Under the pieces are notes generated by a model, which saw only the letters and a program-made list of their open reading frames with translations, was not told where the DNA came from and searched no databases. Position numbers and translations under genes: made by a program. A DNA stretch of 64,000 nucleotides from an uncultured Solibacteraceae bacterium (GTDB lineage: Bacteria; Acidobacteriota; Holophagae; Holophagales; Holophagaceae), in NCBI GenBank assembly GCA_964434895.1, contig CAYSXG010000001.1, positions 1,701-65,700 of the forward strand. Direction: 5' to 3'. The number at the start of each line of letters is the position of its first letter. The stretch's first letter is position 1. Positions 1 through 8,137 of this stretch are shown in pieces.

Positions 1-277
1 GGTGCTTGTCCCAGTTCACGATTTGGATGAACCGCAAGCCTGCCACGCTGTACCGGACCAAGAAGCCCCGTAGGGCCAAGCATTGGAGCAGCTCATCCAC
101 ATCCGCCTGGTCATAGGGCAGGCACTGGGCCTTGATCTTGAGGGGGCGATCATCCAGGCGCCCAGCCCGGTCAGCAATCGTCCAGAGGGCGATGAAGAGC
201 AGCCGGGCCAGGGGCGGAACCTCCGCGAGGGTGTCATTCAGAAAGAAGCCGGGCTTGATGTTTCGTGATCTAGCCAT
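1..277 (-). CDS. Conserved phage early protein, N-terminal part only (runs off the left edge)
   Basis: Absent from the ORF track because it has no stop in the window. Hand translation from ATG at 277 gives MARSRNIKPGFFLNDTLAEVPPLARLLFIALWTIADRAGRLDDRPLKIKAQCLPYDQADVDELLQCLALRGFLVRYSVAGLRFIQIVNWDKH. The RxIKPxFF...LW..AD..GRL opening recurs in phage early or replication-region proteins. The start lies 4 nt after the VRR-NUC stop. Confidence 0.5.
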   Translation of the reverse strand, partial: MARSRNIKPGFFLNDTLAEVPPLARLLFIALWTIADRAGRLDDRPLKIKAQCLPYDQADVDELLQCLALRGFLVRYSVAGLRFIQIVNWDKH

Positions 278-280
278 GGT

Positions 281-790
281 TCACGCTCCGCGGCGGAGGC
301 CGCGCTGGAAGGGGAGATGAGGGGAGAGGATGTCCAGGGCGTCGCTCAGGCCCCAGACCACGCCAACCACCGCCCCGCGGCGGTGCATGGCGTCGAGAAA
401 GGCGAGCTGCTCGGGCTCCGGGCGGCCGGCTGGTCGCAGGACCTTCCCGGTTAGGTCGAGCATGGCCGGGCGCTTCACTTCGAGGTAGAGGCCACGGCCT
501 CCTGGTGCGAGGATCCCGGAAATGTCCGAGAACCCTTCCTCCAGGGAGCCGACGAGGGCCGCAGCCACTTCGCGGGAGACACGCTCAGGAAGTCCCAGCC
601 GTTTCATGGTGGCGAGGGCCATCCCTCGGGCAGCCTTGGCGCCGGCGTCGGAAGACCAGGCCATCACCCCCACCCTGGCCAAGCCCTGGAGGGTGTCCTC
701 CTGGACTTTGGCCTCATCCTGTCCGGCCAGAAGGTAGGCCCTGGCGTAGCGTAAGGGGTCGAACTGGTGCGGGAAGGGAAAGAGGGGCAC
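281..790 (-). CDS. VRR-NUC domain nuclease
   Basis: 169-aa ORF. DISGIL...GLYLEVKRP...GRPEPEQLAFLDAMHRRGAVVGVVWGLSDALDIL fits the D...ExK core and C-terminal helix of VRR-NUC (PD-D/ExK fold). Confidence 0.7.
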   Translation of the reverse strand: MPLFPFPHQFDPLRYARAYLLAGQDEAKVQEDTLQGLARVGVMAWSSDAGAKAARGMALATMKRLGLPERVSREVAAALVGSLEEGFSDISGILAPGGRGLYLEVKRPAMLDLTGKVLRPAGRPEPEQLAFLDAMHRRGAVVGVVWGLSDALDILSPHLPFQRGLRRGA

Positions 791-793
791 GAT

Positions 794-1096
794 CTACCCC
801 TGCTTCTTGTCGAGCCGAGCCTGCTTTTTGGCGGCCTTGGCTTCCCTTTTTTTCAGGGCCTTGGCCTCCACGGCGAGTTCCCGGGCGACGTACCAGCGCT
901 CCGAACGCCGGGCACCAGCGCGGACCATGCTCACCTTCCGGGCCTTGGTGAGTTCCAGGATGGCGTAGCGCAGTGTCCTGGCCGAGATTCCGGTGGCCCC
1001 GACCAGATCGTTCGTCTGGATCCCCGAGGCCCCGGCGGCCGTGATGGCTGAAAGGATCTTCTCCAGCATTCGCTCGTGGATTTCGGCCCGGGTCAC
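794..1096 (-). CDS. Small winged-helix DNA-binding protein
   Basis: The track ORF 794..1336 is over-extended. I set the start at GTG 1096, which overlaps the upstream stop (GTGA) and lies about 9 nt after GGAGG. The product is VTRAEIHERMLEKILSAITAAGASGIQTNDLVGATGISARTLRYAILELTKARKV followed by a K/A-rich tail. Confidence 0.55.
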   Translation of the reverse strand: MTRAEIHERMLEKILSAITAAGASGIQTNDLVGATGISARTLRYAILELTKARKVSMVRAGARRSERWYVARELAVEAKALKKREAKAAKKQARLDKKQG

Positions 1097-1620
1097 GGCG
1101 TCACCTCCTCCAGCTCTTGGCGGCAGCCGGCCACCACCCAGGGCTGAAATTCGCCTGCCAGGTCCCCGCTCACGCGGGCCCGAAGGAAGGCGGCATACCG
1201 CCGGTCCAGGTGGCCCAGCACCTCCTCTGCCAGGAAGAGGCGATCCGCCAGGCGGCCCATGGGGTCCTTGCTGTTCACGGGCGGCAGCGCGATGGACTTG
1301 AGGGCGAAGGTGTCCACCTCCAGGGTGAGGACCCAATCCATGTCCCCGGAAATGATTCGGACCTTGGCCTTGGCCGGCCGCATCCCGCGGGCCAGTGCCT
1401 CGAAGGCGGCGCGGCTCTCCGCAGGGTTGCCCTTAGAGAGGCGCAGATCCTTGACCTCCGCCCGCTCGGAAATGAGGGCGATCCCGTCTTCGACGTAGCA
1501 GGCGGAAGAATCTCCATCCACCCCACTAGTCCCGCTGTGCTTGAGGCCGCGCATCCAGAGCCAGAGGAGGAACTCCTCGCCGAGGAATCGGCCTTGTTTG
1601 ATGAGTTCGAGGGGCTTCAC
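1093..1620 (-). CDS. RdgC-like protein, C-terminal-half homologue
   Basis: 175 aa with a GTG start overlapping the upstream stop. FLGEEFLLWLW and KAKVRIISGDMDWVLTLEVDTFALKSIAL resemble the C-terminal third of RdgC recombination-associated proteins by eye. Confidence 0.5.
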   Translation of the reverse strand: MKPLELIKQGRFLGEEFLLWLWMRGLKHSGTSGVDGDSSACYVEDGIALISERAEVKDLRLSKGNPAESRAAFEALARGMRPAKAKVRIISGDMDWVLTLEVDTFALKSIALPPVNSKDPMGRLADRLFLAEEVLGHLDRRYAAFLRARVSGDLAGEFQPWVVAGCRQELEEVTP

Positions 1621-1850
1621 ATGGCCTCCGGAGCAGAAGGGGTGGTGGGTTCAGGGCGACGGAGCCGGGGCGGAACACCGGCATCCGTGATCCGGCGGCG
1701 CAGCGTGGCGTCCTGGACCCAGGCCCGGGCCTCCTGAAGCAGCGGGATCATTTCCTCGCGGCCCTTTTCCTTGCCGGCGTCGTAACCGGCGAAGAAGGCG
1801 TCGCGGGCCTCCTGATCGCTCAGGGTGATGGGGGGGGTTACTTCAGACAT
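1617..1850 (-). CDS. Hypothetical 77-aa protein between the two RdgC-like ORFs
   Basis: Third codon positions are GC-rich, and both ends overlap their neighbours (translational coupling). I recognise no motif. Confidence 0.5.
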   Translation of the reverse strand: MSEVTPPITLSDQEARDAFFAGYDAGKEKGREEMIPLLQEARAWVQDATLRRRITDAGVPPRLRRPEPTTPSAPEAM

Positions 1851-2460
1851 GGAGGGCCTCCTCCACTTCGAGGTCGAGGGGATCCAGGACCATCAGGGCC
1901 GCTACGGGAAGCTCCGGGGCGACGGCCGCAGCCAGGGGCAGCGGGGAGAGCGGGTGCAGCTCCAGGCCCCAGCTCTTCACGAAGAGCCCGACCAGGGTGC
2001 TCTGCATCCCGGCGCTGGTGGCCGTGGTGAGGAGGGTGCCGGCCTTCAGGTTCCAGGCCACCTCAACCACCTTGAGGGTGGGCAGCACCTTCCGGAGCAG
2101 TTCGGCTTTCACATCGTCCTGGAGGGAGATCCGGGCCTCCTTGCCGATGAAGGCCAAATCCTTCTCCGCCTGGAGCTGGCGGAGCCGCATATCCACCTCG
2201 GCCTTGAGCAGCGCCGAGGGGATCCGGCGGCTGTCCACCCGGAGGCTGAAGATGGCGTAGCGATCATGGGTGAGCCAGTCGGGATTGACGGCCAGCTTGG
2301 GGTTGCGCCAGTCACACCAGCCGCAGCGAACCTCCTCCAGCCCGTCCTCAAAGGGACGGAAGGCATCAGCCCTCAGCCCCTCCAGAAGGGTCTCCGCCGA
2401 GGGCACCGTGCCCAGCACCTGGAACCGCAGCAGGTTCAGGGAACCGTTCAGGAGGCTCAT
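1843..2460 (-). CDS. RdgC-like protein, N-terminal/central homologue
   Basis: 205 aa. SLNLLRFQV, CGWCDW, RIPSALLKAEVDMRLRQLQAEKD..LLRKVLP and TSAGMQSTLVGLFVKSWGLELHPLSP line up by eye with about the first 175 residues of RdgC. Confidence 0.55.
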   Translation of the reverse strand: MSLLNGSLNLLRFQVLGTVPSAETLLEGLRADAFRPFEDGLEEVRCGWCDWRNPKLAVNPDWLTHDRYAIFSLRVDSRRIPSALLKAEVDMRLRQLQAEKDLAFIGKEARISLQDDVKAELLRKVLPTLKVVEVAWNLKAGTLLTTATSAGMQSTLVGLFVKSWGLELHPLSPLPLAAAVAPELPVAALMVLDPLDLEVEEALHV

Positions 2461-2840
2461 TCTGCACCTCCAAAGAACTGGCGGAGTCGCCCCATGAAAG
2501 AAGGGGCTTGGCCTGAGGTTTTGGACTCAAGCTCAAGCGCCGCATCCAAGGCTTCCAGAAAATTCCCAAAGAGGTTGTAGTGCTTCACCAACAGATCAAC
2601 CTGATCGAGCTTCACGGGATGCCTGTGATGTTCGATCAGGCTTTTAGTGGCTCCACGAAGATCGTTGGCCTTATGGAGATCCCCCTTCCCGAGAGGGCTA
2701 CATTTCAGGGATTCGCCAGCTTCCATGAACTTTTTCGAGACGAAGGCGCCGTCCTCTCCAGGGATCGCCATTTGGGCCAGCTCGACCAAGGCCTCAGCCA
2801 TGGCAATCGCCTGGTTCTGGAGGTTCAGAAGGAAGTTCAC
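2457..2840 (-). CDS. Hypothetical protein
   Basis: 127-aa ORF with 4-nt overlaps to both neighbours in the left operon. No motif recognised. Confidence 0.5.
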   Translation of the reverse strand: MNFLLNLQNQAIAMAEALVELAQMAIPGEDGAFVSKKFMEAGESLKCSPLGKGDLHKANDLRGATKSLIEHHRHPVKLDQVDLLVKHYNLFGNFLEALDAALELESKTSGQAPSFMGRLRQFFGGAE

Positions 2841-3871
2841 GCCTCACCCCCGAACAGATCGCCGTCGATGACCTCCGAGGAGGCCGCCGCCGGCGCGGCC
2901 GGGGCTTCTTCTGCCTTGGCCTTGGCTTTCATGGAGGCCTTGAGATCCTCCGCCGACTTCGGGGCGCTGGCCCCCTCCCCTTCCGACTTCTTGGGGGCCT
3001 CGCCGCCGTTCTTGGCGATCATGACGGCGTTCCAAGTGGCCTCGCCCTCACGGATCGCAGCGAATACCTGGCGCAGATCCTGGAGCTCCGCCGGGGAGCA
3101 GGCCTCGATGGCGTGTCCGAGGTATTCGACCAGGGCTTCGGGGCTCACGCCGATGGAGTAGAAGGCGTCGCATAGGCGCTTGCGGGCAGCCGCAGGATCC
3201 TCAGCGTCACGGTTGCGAGTCGTGGCGTCCACCTGGTCCATACACTCCTCAAGGATGTCTCCAGGCAGGATCCGCAAAGCCCCGCCACGGATGGCCTTGG
3301 AGGTAAGCGCCGCTTGCTTGACCAGCAGGTCGTCCTCCGTGGCCTCAATGATGTAGACCACCTTGCCCTTCGAGTTGAGGCGCTGGCCTAGAGCAATCTG
3401 GCCCTCCTTCAGGAAGGAGCGCTCCACCTTCTTCTCGATAATGAGGTCTTGGGAGTAGGAGACGTTTTTCTCCAGGTCCATAACCGTGACGCGAATTATG
3501 CGCTTTTCGGCATCGTCGTAGAGAACGATGGTCGCGGTATCGGTATTGCCCAACTCATCCAGGGCCGCCTCCGCGAACCGAATGGAGGGGCCCACCACCT
3601 TCTCCTTCCCGATGGGCTTGGCGTACTTGGCGGTCTCGGCAAAGCGGGGGCGCTTGCAGGCGGCGAGCAGGCGCAACCGGACACCCTCGATGTTTCGGGG
3701 ACGGAGAAGTGCCATCTGGTAGCGGGCCTTGACGGCGGCTTCGGCCTGGGCGGCGGCGGCCGTGCTGGCCGTCTCTAAAGCCATGGCCTGGGTCTGGGTG
3801 CCCATCATATCGACGGGCTGGGTAGGAGGCATGGTGGCCATGCCGTTGCGGGGGGTGATGGTGCCGCTCAT
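2837..3871 (-). CDS. Putative single-strand annealing recombinase (family unresolved)
   Basis: 344 aa, translationally coupled directly downstream of the YqaJ exonuclease (the usual exonuclease plus annealase pair). It has a conserved-looking core (RPRFAETAKYAKPIGKEKVVGPSIRFAEAALDELGN...VMDLEKN) and an acidic A/K-rich tail. Confidence 0.55.
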   Translation of the reverse strand: MSGTITPRNGMATMPPTQPVDMMGTQTQAMALETASTAAAAQAEAAVKARYQMALLRPRNIEGVRLRLLAACKRPRFAETAKYAKPIGKEKVVGPSIRFAEAALDELGNTDTATIVLYDDAEKRIIRVTVMDLEKNVSYSQDLIIEKKVERSFLKEGQIALGQRLNSKGKVVYIIEATEDDLLVKQAALTSKAIRGGALRILPGDILEECMDQVDATTRNRDAEDPAAARKRLCDAFYSIGVSPEALVEYLGHAIEACSPAELQDLRQVFAAIREGEATWNAVMIAKNGGEAPKKSEGEGASAPKSAEDLKASMKAKAKAEEAPAAPAAASSEVIDGDLFGGEA

Positions 3872-4962
3872 GCGGCCTCCTTTCGAGAAGTGGTTTTGGA
3901 TTTGGCCGCCTTGATCGGGTAGATGCGGCCGTAGGGGGTTTTCGGGGTTTCGGTGGTGTGGCTCTGCCGCAGGGCCAGGAGCTCCGCCGGCGGAATGGCG
4001 GCCCGGAGGGCGAGATCGCGGATCACCGCCTCCACGTCCTCATCTCGCTTCTTGCCGAAGCCCTGGAGGGTCCAGCGGTAGGCGGCCCCGTGCAGTTCCT
4101 GGGCGTCGCCCGCGACCAATGCGTTGTCGAGGATGGCCTTGCAGGCCTCCTCCCGGCCCTTCGATGCCTTGATGTCGGCCTGGACTGCGGCGAGATCCAC
4201 CAGGGCCTGGGCCACCTCCCCGGCCGCCTCGATGACGCGCTTTTCTTCGCGCTCCATCCGTTGGAGGAGGAAGTCCCGGGCCTCGCCCAGCATGGTCTGG
4301 CCCTCGGGGCGGACCTGCGGGAGGACGTGGGCCTCCCAGAACCGGATCCCGGCGGCCACTGCCAGCTCGAAAAACTCAGGGTCCGCTTGGAGGTGATAGG
4401 TGCGCTCCTCCACGAGGGCGGCCGCATAGGCCACTTCGTAGGGCAGGCCGCGGCCGATCATGCGCTTGGCCACTTCGAGATCGTAGAAGCCGGCGTGAAG
4501 GTCCCAAAAGGCCCGGCCCGTCAGGCCCATGTACCACTGGCACTGCACCCAGTAGTCCATGGGCACGTCGCCCGAGCCATCGGCGCCCCACTTGGAGTCG
4601 TCCTTCAGCAGGGTCTGTATGTTCGAGGTCTTGATCTCCAGGCCAAGGTCCGCGCGGTCCTGCACCAGGAAATCCGGCGAGCCCAGCAGGAACTCGTGGC
4701 CCGGGTGCCGGACCAGTTCCGGCTTGGTGAGGCTGTACCCCGTGCGGACGGCGTAGCCATGGGCGACCAGCGCTTCCCAGGCGTTCCCCAGATTCATCGC
4801 GAAGGAGGCCGGGGTCTCCAGGCCCTCGACCTTCTTGAGGTAGATGGTGAGGGCGTTCGACCAGGTGGAGGCCCCCAGGATGGCGGCCATGTCCGTGCCG
4901 CCGAGGCCAGTGCGTCGCTCGGCAAGCCAAGCCTCGCGGGACATGGAATTTTCAGCAGACAA
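3868..4962 (-). CDS. YqaJ / lambda-Exo-like recombination exonuclease
   Basis: The track ORF 3868..5397 is over-extended. The homology starts at SREAWLAERRTGLGGTDMAAILG and includes GSPDFLV...LGLEIKT (PD-ExK). I set the start at TTG 4962 just after AAGGAGG; ATG 4944 is the alternative. Confidence 0.8.
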   Translation of the reverse strand: MSAENSMSREAWLAERRTGLGGTDMAAILGASTWSNALTIYLKKVEGLETPASFAMNLGNAWEALVAHGYAVRTGYSLTKPELVRHPGHEFLLGSPDFLVQDRADLGLEIKTSNIQTLLKDDSKWGADGSGDVPMDYWVQCQWYMGLTGRAFWDLHAGFYDLEVAKRMIGRGLPYEVAYAAALVEERTYHLQADPEFFELAVAAGIRFWEAHVLPQVRPEGQTMLGEARDFLLQRMEREEKRVIEAAGEVAQALVDLAAVQADIKASKGREEACKAILDNALVAGDAQELHGAAYRWTLQGFGKKRDEDVEAVIRDLALRAAIPPAELLALRQSHTTETPKTPYGRIYPIKAAKSKTTSRKEAA

Positions 4963-5093
4963 AGCTCCTCCTTGCGGGCTCAAAACCCGCTTCAAAAAGG
5001 GATAAAAATGGCGAAAATCGGTAAAGTGGTAAGTTTTCGGGGTAGACTTTTCGGGAAAGAGTCCGACCTTTGAACCGTTGGGCCTACCGCTGG

Positions 5094-5153
5094 GGTAATT
5101 CCTCCGGCCTTGATGCTTCTGAACCTCGCACTTTTTACCCGGAGGGGAATTCC
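5094..5153. promoter_or_regulatory. Inverted repeat pair in the divergent switch region
   Basis: GGTAATTCCTCCGG (5094..5107) and CCGGAGGGGAATTCC (5139..5153) are near reverse complements. They sit in the AT-richer gap between the left operon and the repressor gene. Confidence 0.3.
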
Positions 5154-5199
5154 TGACGGGACGAACACAGGGTAAACCTGTTGCTAGGTTCGCGCAATA

Positions 5200-5222
5200 A
5201 AATTTCCCTTGAAGGAAAATTT
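5200..5222. promoter_or_regulatory. 23-bp near-palindrome AAATTTCCCTTGAAGGAAAATTT (site 1 of 3), candidate operator
   Basis: 10 of 11 arm positions are symmetric around G5211. It ends 2 nt before the repressor ATG. Closely related copies lie at 10202..10224 and, inverted, at 63614..63636. Confidence 0.45.
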
Positions 5223-5224
5223 CT

Positions 5225-5890
5225 ATGACCACGACCCCTGATCGCCCTGTAGCCGATGGTTGGCTTCCTGGCTGGGGTGAGCGGTGGCGCCAAGTTCGCA
5301 CGAAGGCCCGCCCAAAACTGACCCTGGAGGATGTCGGGCGCACCCTGGGCATCCGGCATACCGCCGTCGCCAAGATCGAGAAGGAGGCTATCGCCACCCC
5401 TCCGAAAGAGGCCTACCTCTGTACTCTGGAATCCGCCTACGGCTGGAGCCCGGACTGGATCAAGCGTGGCGAGCTACCCATGTCCCGCGAGACCTGGAAC
5501 CGCGACAACCTGCGCAAGGCCTTCGAGGCTCAGGCCGGCGGCAAGAGCATTCAGGGCCTGTACGTGGTCCAGGCCGGGCACGGCATGGCCCCGCACCTCC
5601 AAACCGGGGACATCCTGAACTGGGCCCCGGCCGAGCCGGCCCACGGCGCCCTGATCCTCGTGGCGCCCCCCAAGACCAAGGATCTGGTGGCCGATGGGGT
5701 CACTTCCACCAAGGCCATGCCCGGCATTGCCATTCGGACCGAAGGCAAGGCCGGCATCTCCTGGATGCTCTACCGCTCCGAGGACACCCAGAACCCTGGC
5801 TCCTACCGCGCCATCGACCTTTCCGGCTGGAACATCCTCGGGCGTGTCGTAAGCGTAACCCGGGCTCTCCCCGAATCTCTTTTGGCCTAA
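5225..5890 (+). CDS. CI/LexA-like repressor (HTH plus S24-like C-terminal domain)
   Basis: 221 aa. The N-terminal HTH is LTLEDVGRTLGIRHTAVAKIEKE. The C-terminal part, GHGMAPHLQTGDIL...ILGRVVSV, resembles the S24 self-cleavage fold. The gene is divergent from the recombination operon. Confidence 0.7.
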   Translation: MTTTPDRPVADGWLPGWGERWRQVRTKARPKLTLEDVGRTLGIRHTAVAKIEKEAIATPPKEAYLCTLESAYGWSPDWIKRGELPMSRETWNRDNLRKAFEAQAGGKSIQGLYVVQAGHGMAPHLQTGDILNWAPAEPAHGALILVAPPKTKDLVADGVTSTKAMPGIAIRTEGKAGISWMLYRSEDTQNPGSYRAIDLSGWNILGRVVSVTRALPESLLA

Positions 5891-6855
5891 TTTCTCTCAT
5901 TTAGAGAGAAAATCAGGTCTTTCAAGCGATTCTTGGCAATGAGTCGAGCAGTCAGGCCCTCGTAGCCTTGAGCCGCCTGCTCTGCTTCGGCCCGGAATCG
6001 CTGGAGCACATCCGGAGCATGTGCCTCCATGGCCGCGATGGCCCGCTCCCGAAGGTCATTCCAGGCAGGCGAGTCAAGGTCGGCGTTCTTCCAGGCCGTC
6101 ACAGCCGCCCAGATTCCTCCGTCATCCGAAGGCGCAGCCGGGTCGATCAGCCGGCCTAGCCGCCGGGCCCGCTTGGCCTGGAGCAGCACATCCTCGCCCA
6201 TGCCGGTGTCGCCCAGGGCCCCGAGCACCCAACCGAGCGGATCCCGGACGGGGCGGTAGCCTGCCCTGCCCTTCCGCCAGGCCAACGCCGTGCGGGCCGC
6301 GGTCAGGATCCGGAGGGCCTCAGCCCCTCGCCAGGGGCTTTTCTTGGCCACGCCCTCCAGCCGTTGGGAATCCACAGGCCCGAAGGTGGCCAGTTCCTGA
6401 GCGATGTTCCCAAAGACCGATCCCCAAGCCCCTCCAGGTACCGGCGCAGGCGCGGGCGCCTTGCATGTAGAAACCGGAGGTTTCGGCTCTGACCGAAGGG
6501 AAGAGCCGGGAGAAGGGGATTTTTCGCGCCGGGAAGACGAAGAAAAGGCCCAGGCATCCAGGCCCTTGAGCTGGTAGCGGCCGGCCTTTCTGGCGCCAAA
6601 GTTTGGGGCCTCCACTTGGTCCAGCAGGCCCGCCGTCTGAAGCTGAGGAATGGCAAGCCGAACGGTCGTGGCATCGCACTTTCCCGCCTTGGCAAGCTGC
6701 TGGGGGGTCCAATCCTGAGAGAACCCGGCCCGAGCCTCTCGGGCGGTCCAGGTCAAGAGGGCCCCACGGACAGCACGGCCAACGCCAGCCGCGGCGATCC
6801 GGTCCTCAAGGGCCTGGAGCCAGGATCCGAATTTCTTGGAATAGGGCGCAGCCAT
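5887..6855 (-). CDS. wHTH protein, possible replication initiator (positional guess)
   Basis: 322 aa. The N-terminal CDATTVRLAIPQLQTAGLLDQVE segment looks like a winged helix. The gene lies beside the repeat array and parA. No catalytic motif recognised. Confidence 0.4.
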   Translation of the reverse strand: MAAPYSKKFGSWLQALEDRIAAAGVGRAVRGALLTWTAREARAGFSQDWTPQQLAKAGKCDATTVRLAIPQLQTAGLLDQVEAPNFGARKAGRYQLKGLDAWAFSSSSRREKSPSPGSSLRSEPKPPVSTCKAPAPAPVPGGAWGSVFGNIAQELATFGPVDSQRLEGVAKKSPWRGAEALRILTAARTALAWRKGRAGYRPVRDPLGWVLGALGDTGMGEDVLLQAKRARRLGRLIDPAAPSDDGGIWAAVTAWKNADLDSPAWNDLRERAIAAMEAHAPDVLQRFRAEAEQAAQGYEGLTARLIAKNRLKDLIFSLNERN

Positions 6856-7235
6856 GACAGCTCCGCCGGGGGCAGAAACAGTAGACAGGGCCGGCGCGTC
6901 GGCCTACCCTTTGGATGTCAGGTGCAAGTCCGTTCCTACTGTTTTTCCGCCTCCGGTTGAAAAGTGGTTTTGGATGGGGACGGGCCGAGCTGGTAACTCA
7001 GCACCTGACATCCTCACGATCCCCGGGTTGCACCTCGGGGGTTTTGGGTTATGGGTTGAGGATGCTGGCTGGGCAGGCCTGCCGCAAGGGCAAACCCGCA
7101 TGGGACCTCGATTTCCGTCTGTATTACTAGCGGTGTTTTCAGCCTCACCGCCGCCCATCCTTTCGGTCACCAATGAAGTGGTGACTCCGGATGGACGGAC
7201 GAGACTACAGACGGATGGCCAGCTGGAAGTACCGC

Positions 7236-7424
7236 TGACAACACGGCTGGCAAGCAATCGAGCAAGGCGTAGCGCGGTACAGTCGACAAGCAATGAAGCA
7301 TCATGAACGATAGCACAGCCGACAATCTATCCGGCAATACAGCCGACAATCTTGACGACAATTCAAATTGCCGAATTGACGGTAATCGGATTGGGCGCAA
7401 TCTTGGTGTGAGCCAATCGAGCAA
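7236..7424. repeat. Phased short-repeat array upstream of parA (candidate centromere/operator or iterons)
   Basis: YGACAA starts at 7236, 7284, 7320, 7344 and 7356, giving spacings of 48, 36, 24 and 12 bp. ACAGCCGACAATCT occurs twice (7315, 7339) and CAATCGAGCAA twice (7255, 7414). The region is AT-richer. Confidence 0.55.
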
Positions 7425-7441
7425 CCCACCAAGGAGGGAAT

Positions 7442-8137
7442 GTGTCCGCCCGACAATCCAGCAACTCGAAATCCCGCAGGAAACAGGAAAGGGGCCGCGT
7501 CATTGTCATCGCCAACCTCAAGGGCGGCGTAGGGAAAAGCTCAATCGCAAGTTATCTAGCCGCTTACCTGGAGCAGGATCGAGAGGTAGCCATCCTCGAC
7601 CTGGACGATGGCCAACGCGATTCGGAGCGCTACGCCAAGATGCGGGGCGGCATCCAACTCGCGGCGGCCGGGACCCACGCGGAGGTCTACGATGAGGTCC
7701 AAGCCTTGATTTCCCGCGGGGTGGACGTTGTGGTGGACACCCCCCCGGGGGAGGTCACTGCCTCAAAACTGGCGTTCTACCTGGCGGATGCCGTGGTGAT
7801 GCCAGTGCGCCCTGGTGCCAACGACGTGGCGGCCATCGGTCGGCTCATGTCGATGGTTAACGAGATCCGCGATGAGCGTCCCGATCTGCAAGTCTTCACC
7901 ATCTGCAACTTCTTCAAGGGCAGCCGCGAAGCGACCCTCATGGTGGACATCCTCAAGGTCATGACCAACGCCCAATTTGTGGGCCGACTCGCGGACCGAA
8001 AGGACTATTCGGTGGCCCTTTCCGAGGGGAAGACACCCTGGGAAATCGCGCCTGGGAAGCCTGCGGGAGAGGAGATGCTGGCCCTTTGCGCCTGCCTGGA
8101 TCGCATCATTGAGGTGAATAATGCCAAAGCAAGGTGA
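7442..8137 (+). CDS. parA: ParA/Soj-family partition ATPase
   Basis: 231 aa with a GTG start after AAGGAGG. It has the deviant Walker A motif VIVIANLKGGVGKSS and is the size of a small type Ib ParA. Confidence 0.85.
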   Translation: MSARQSSNSKSRRKQERGRVIVIANLKGGVGKSSIASYLAAYLEQDREVAILDLDDGQRDSERYAKMRGGIQLAAAGTHAEVYDEVQALISRGVDVVVDTPPGEVTASKLAFYLADAVVMPVRPGANDVAAIGRLMSMVNEIRDERPDLQVFTICNFFKGSREATLMVDILKVMTNAQFVGRLADRKDYSVALSEGKTPWEIAPGKPAGEEMLALCACLDRIIEVNNAKAR

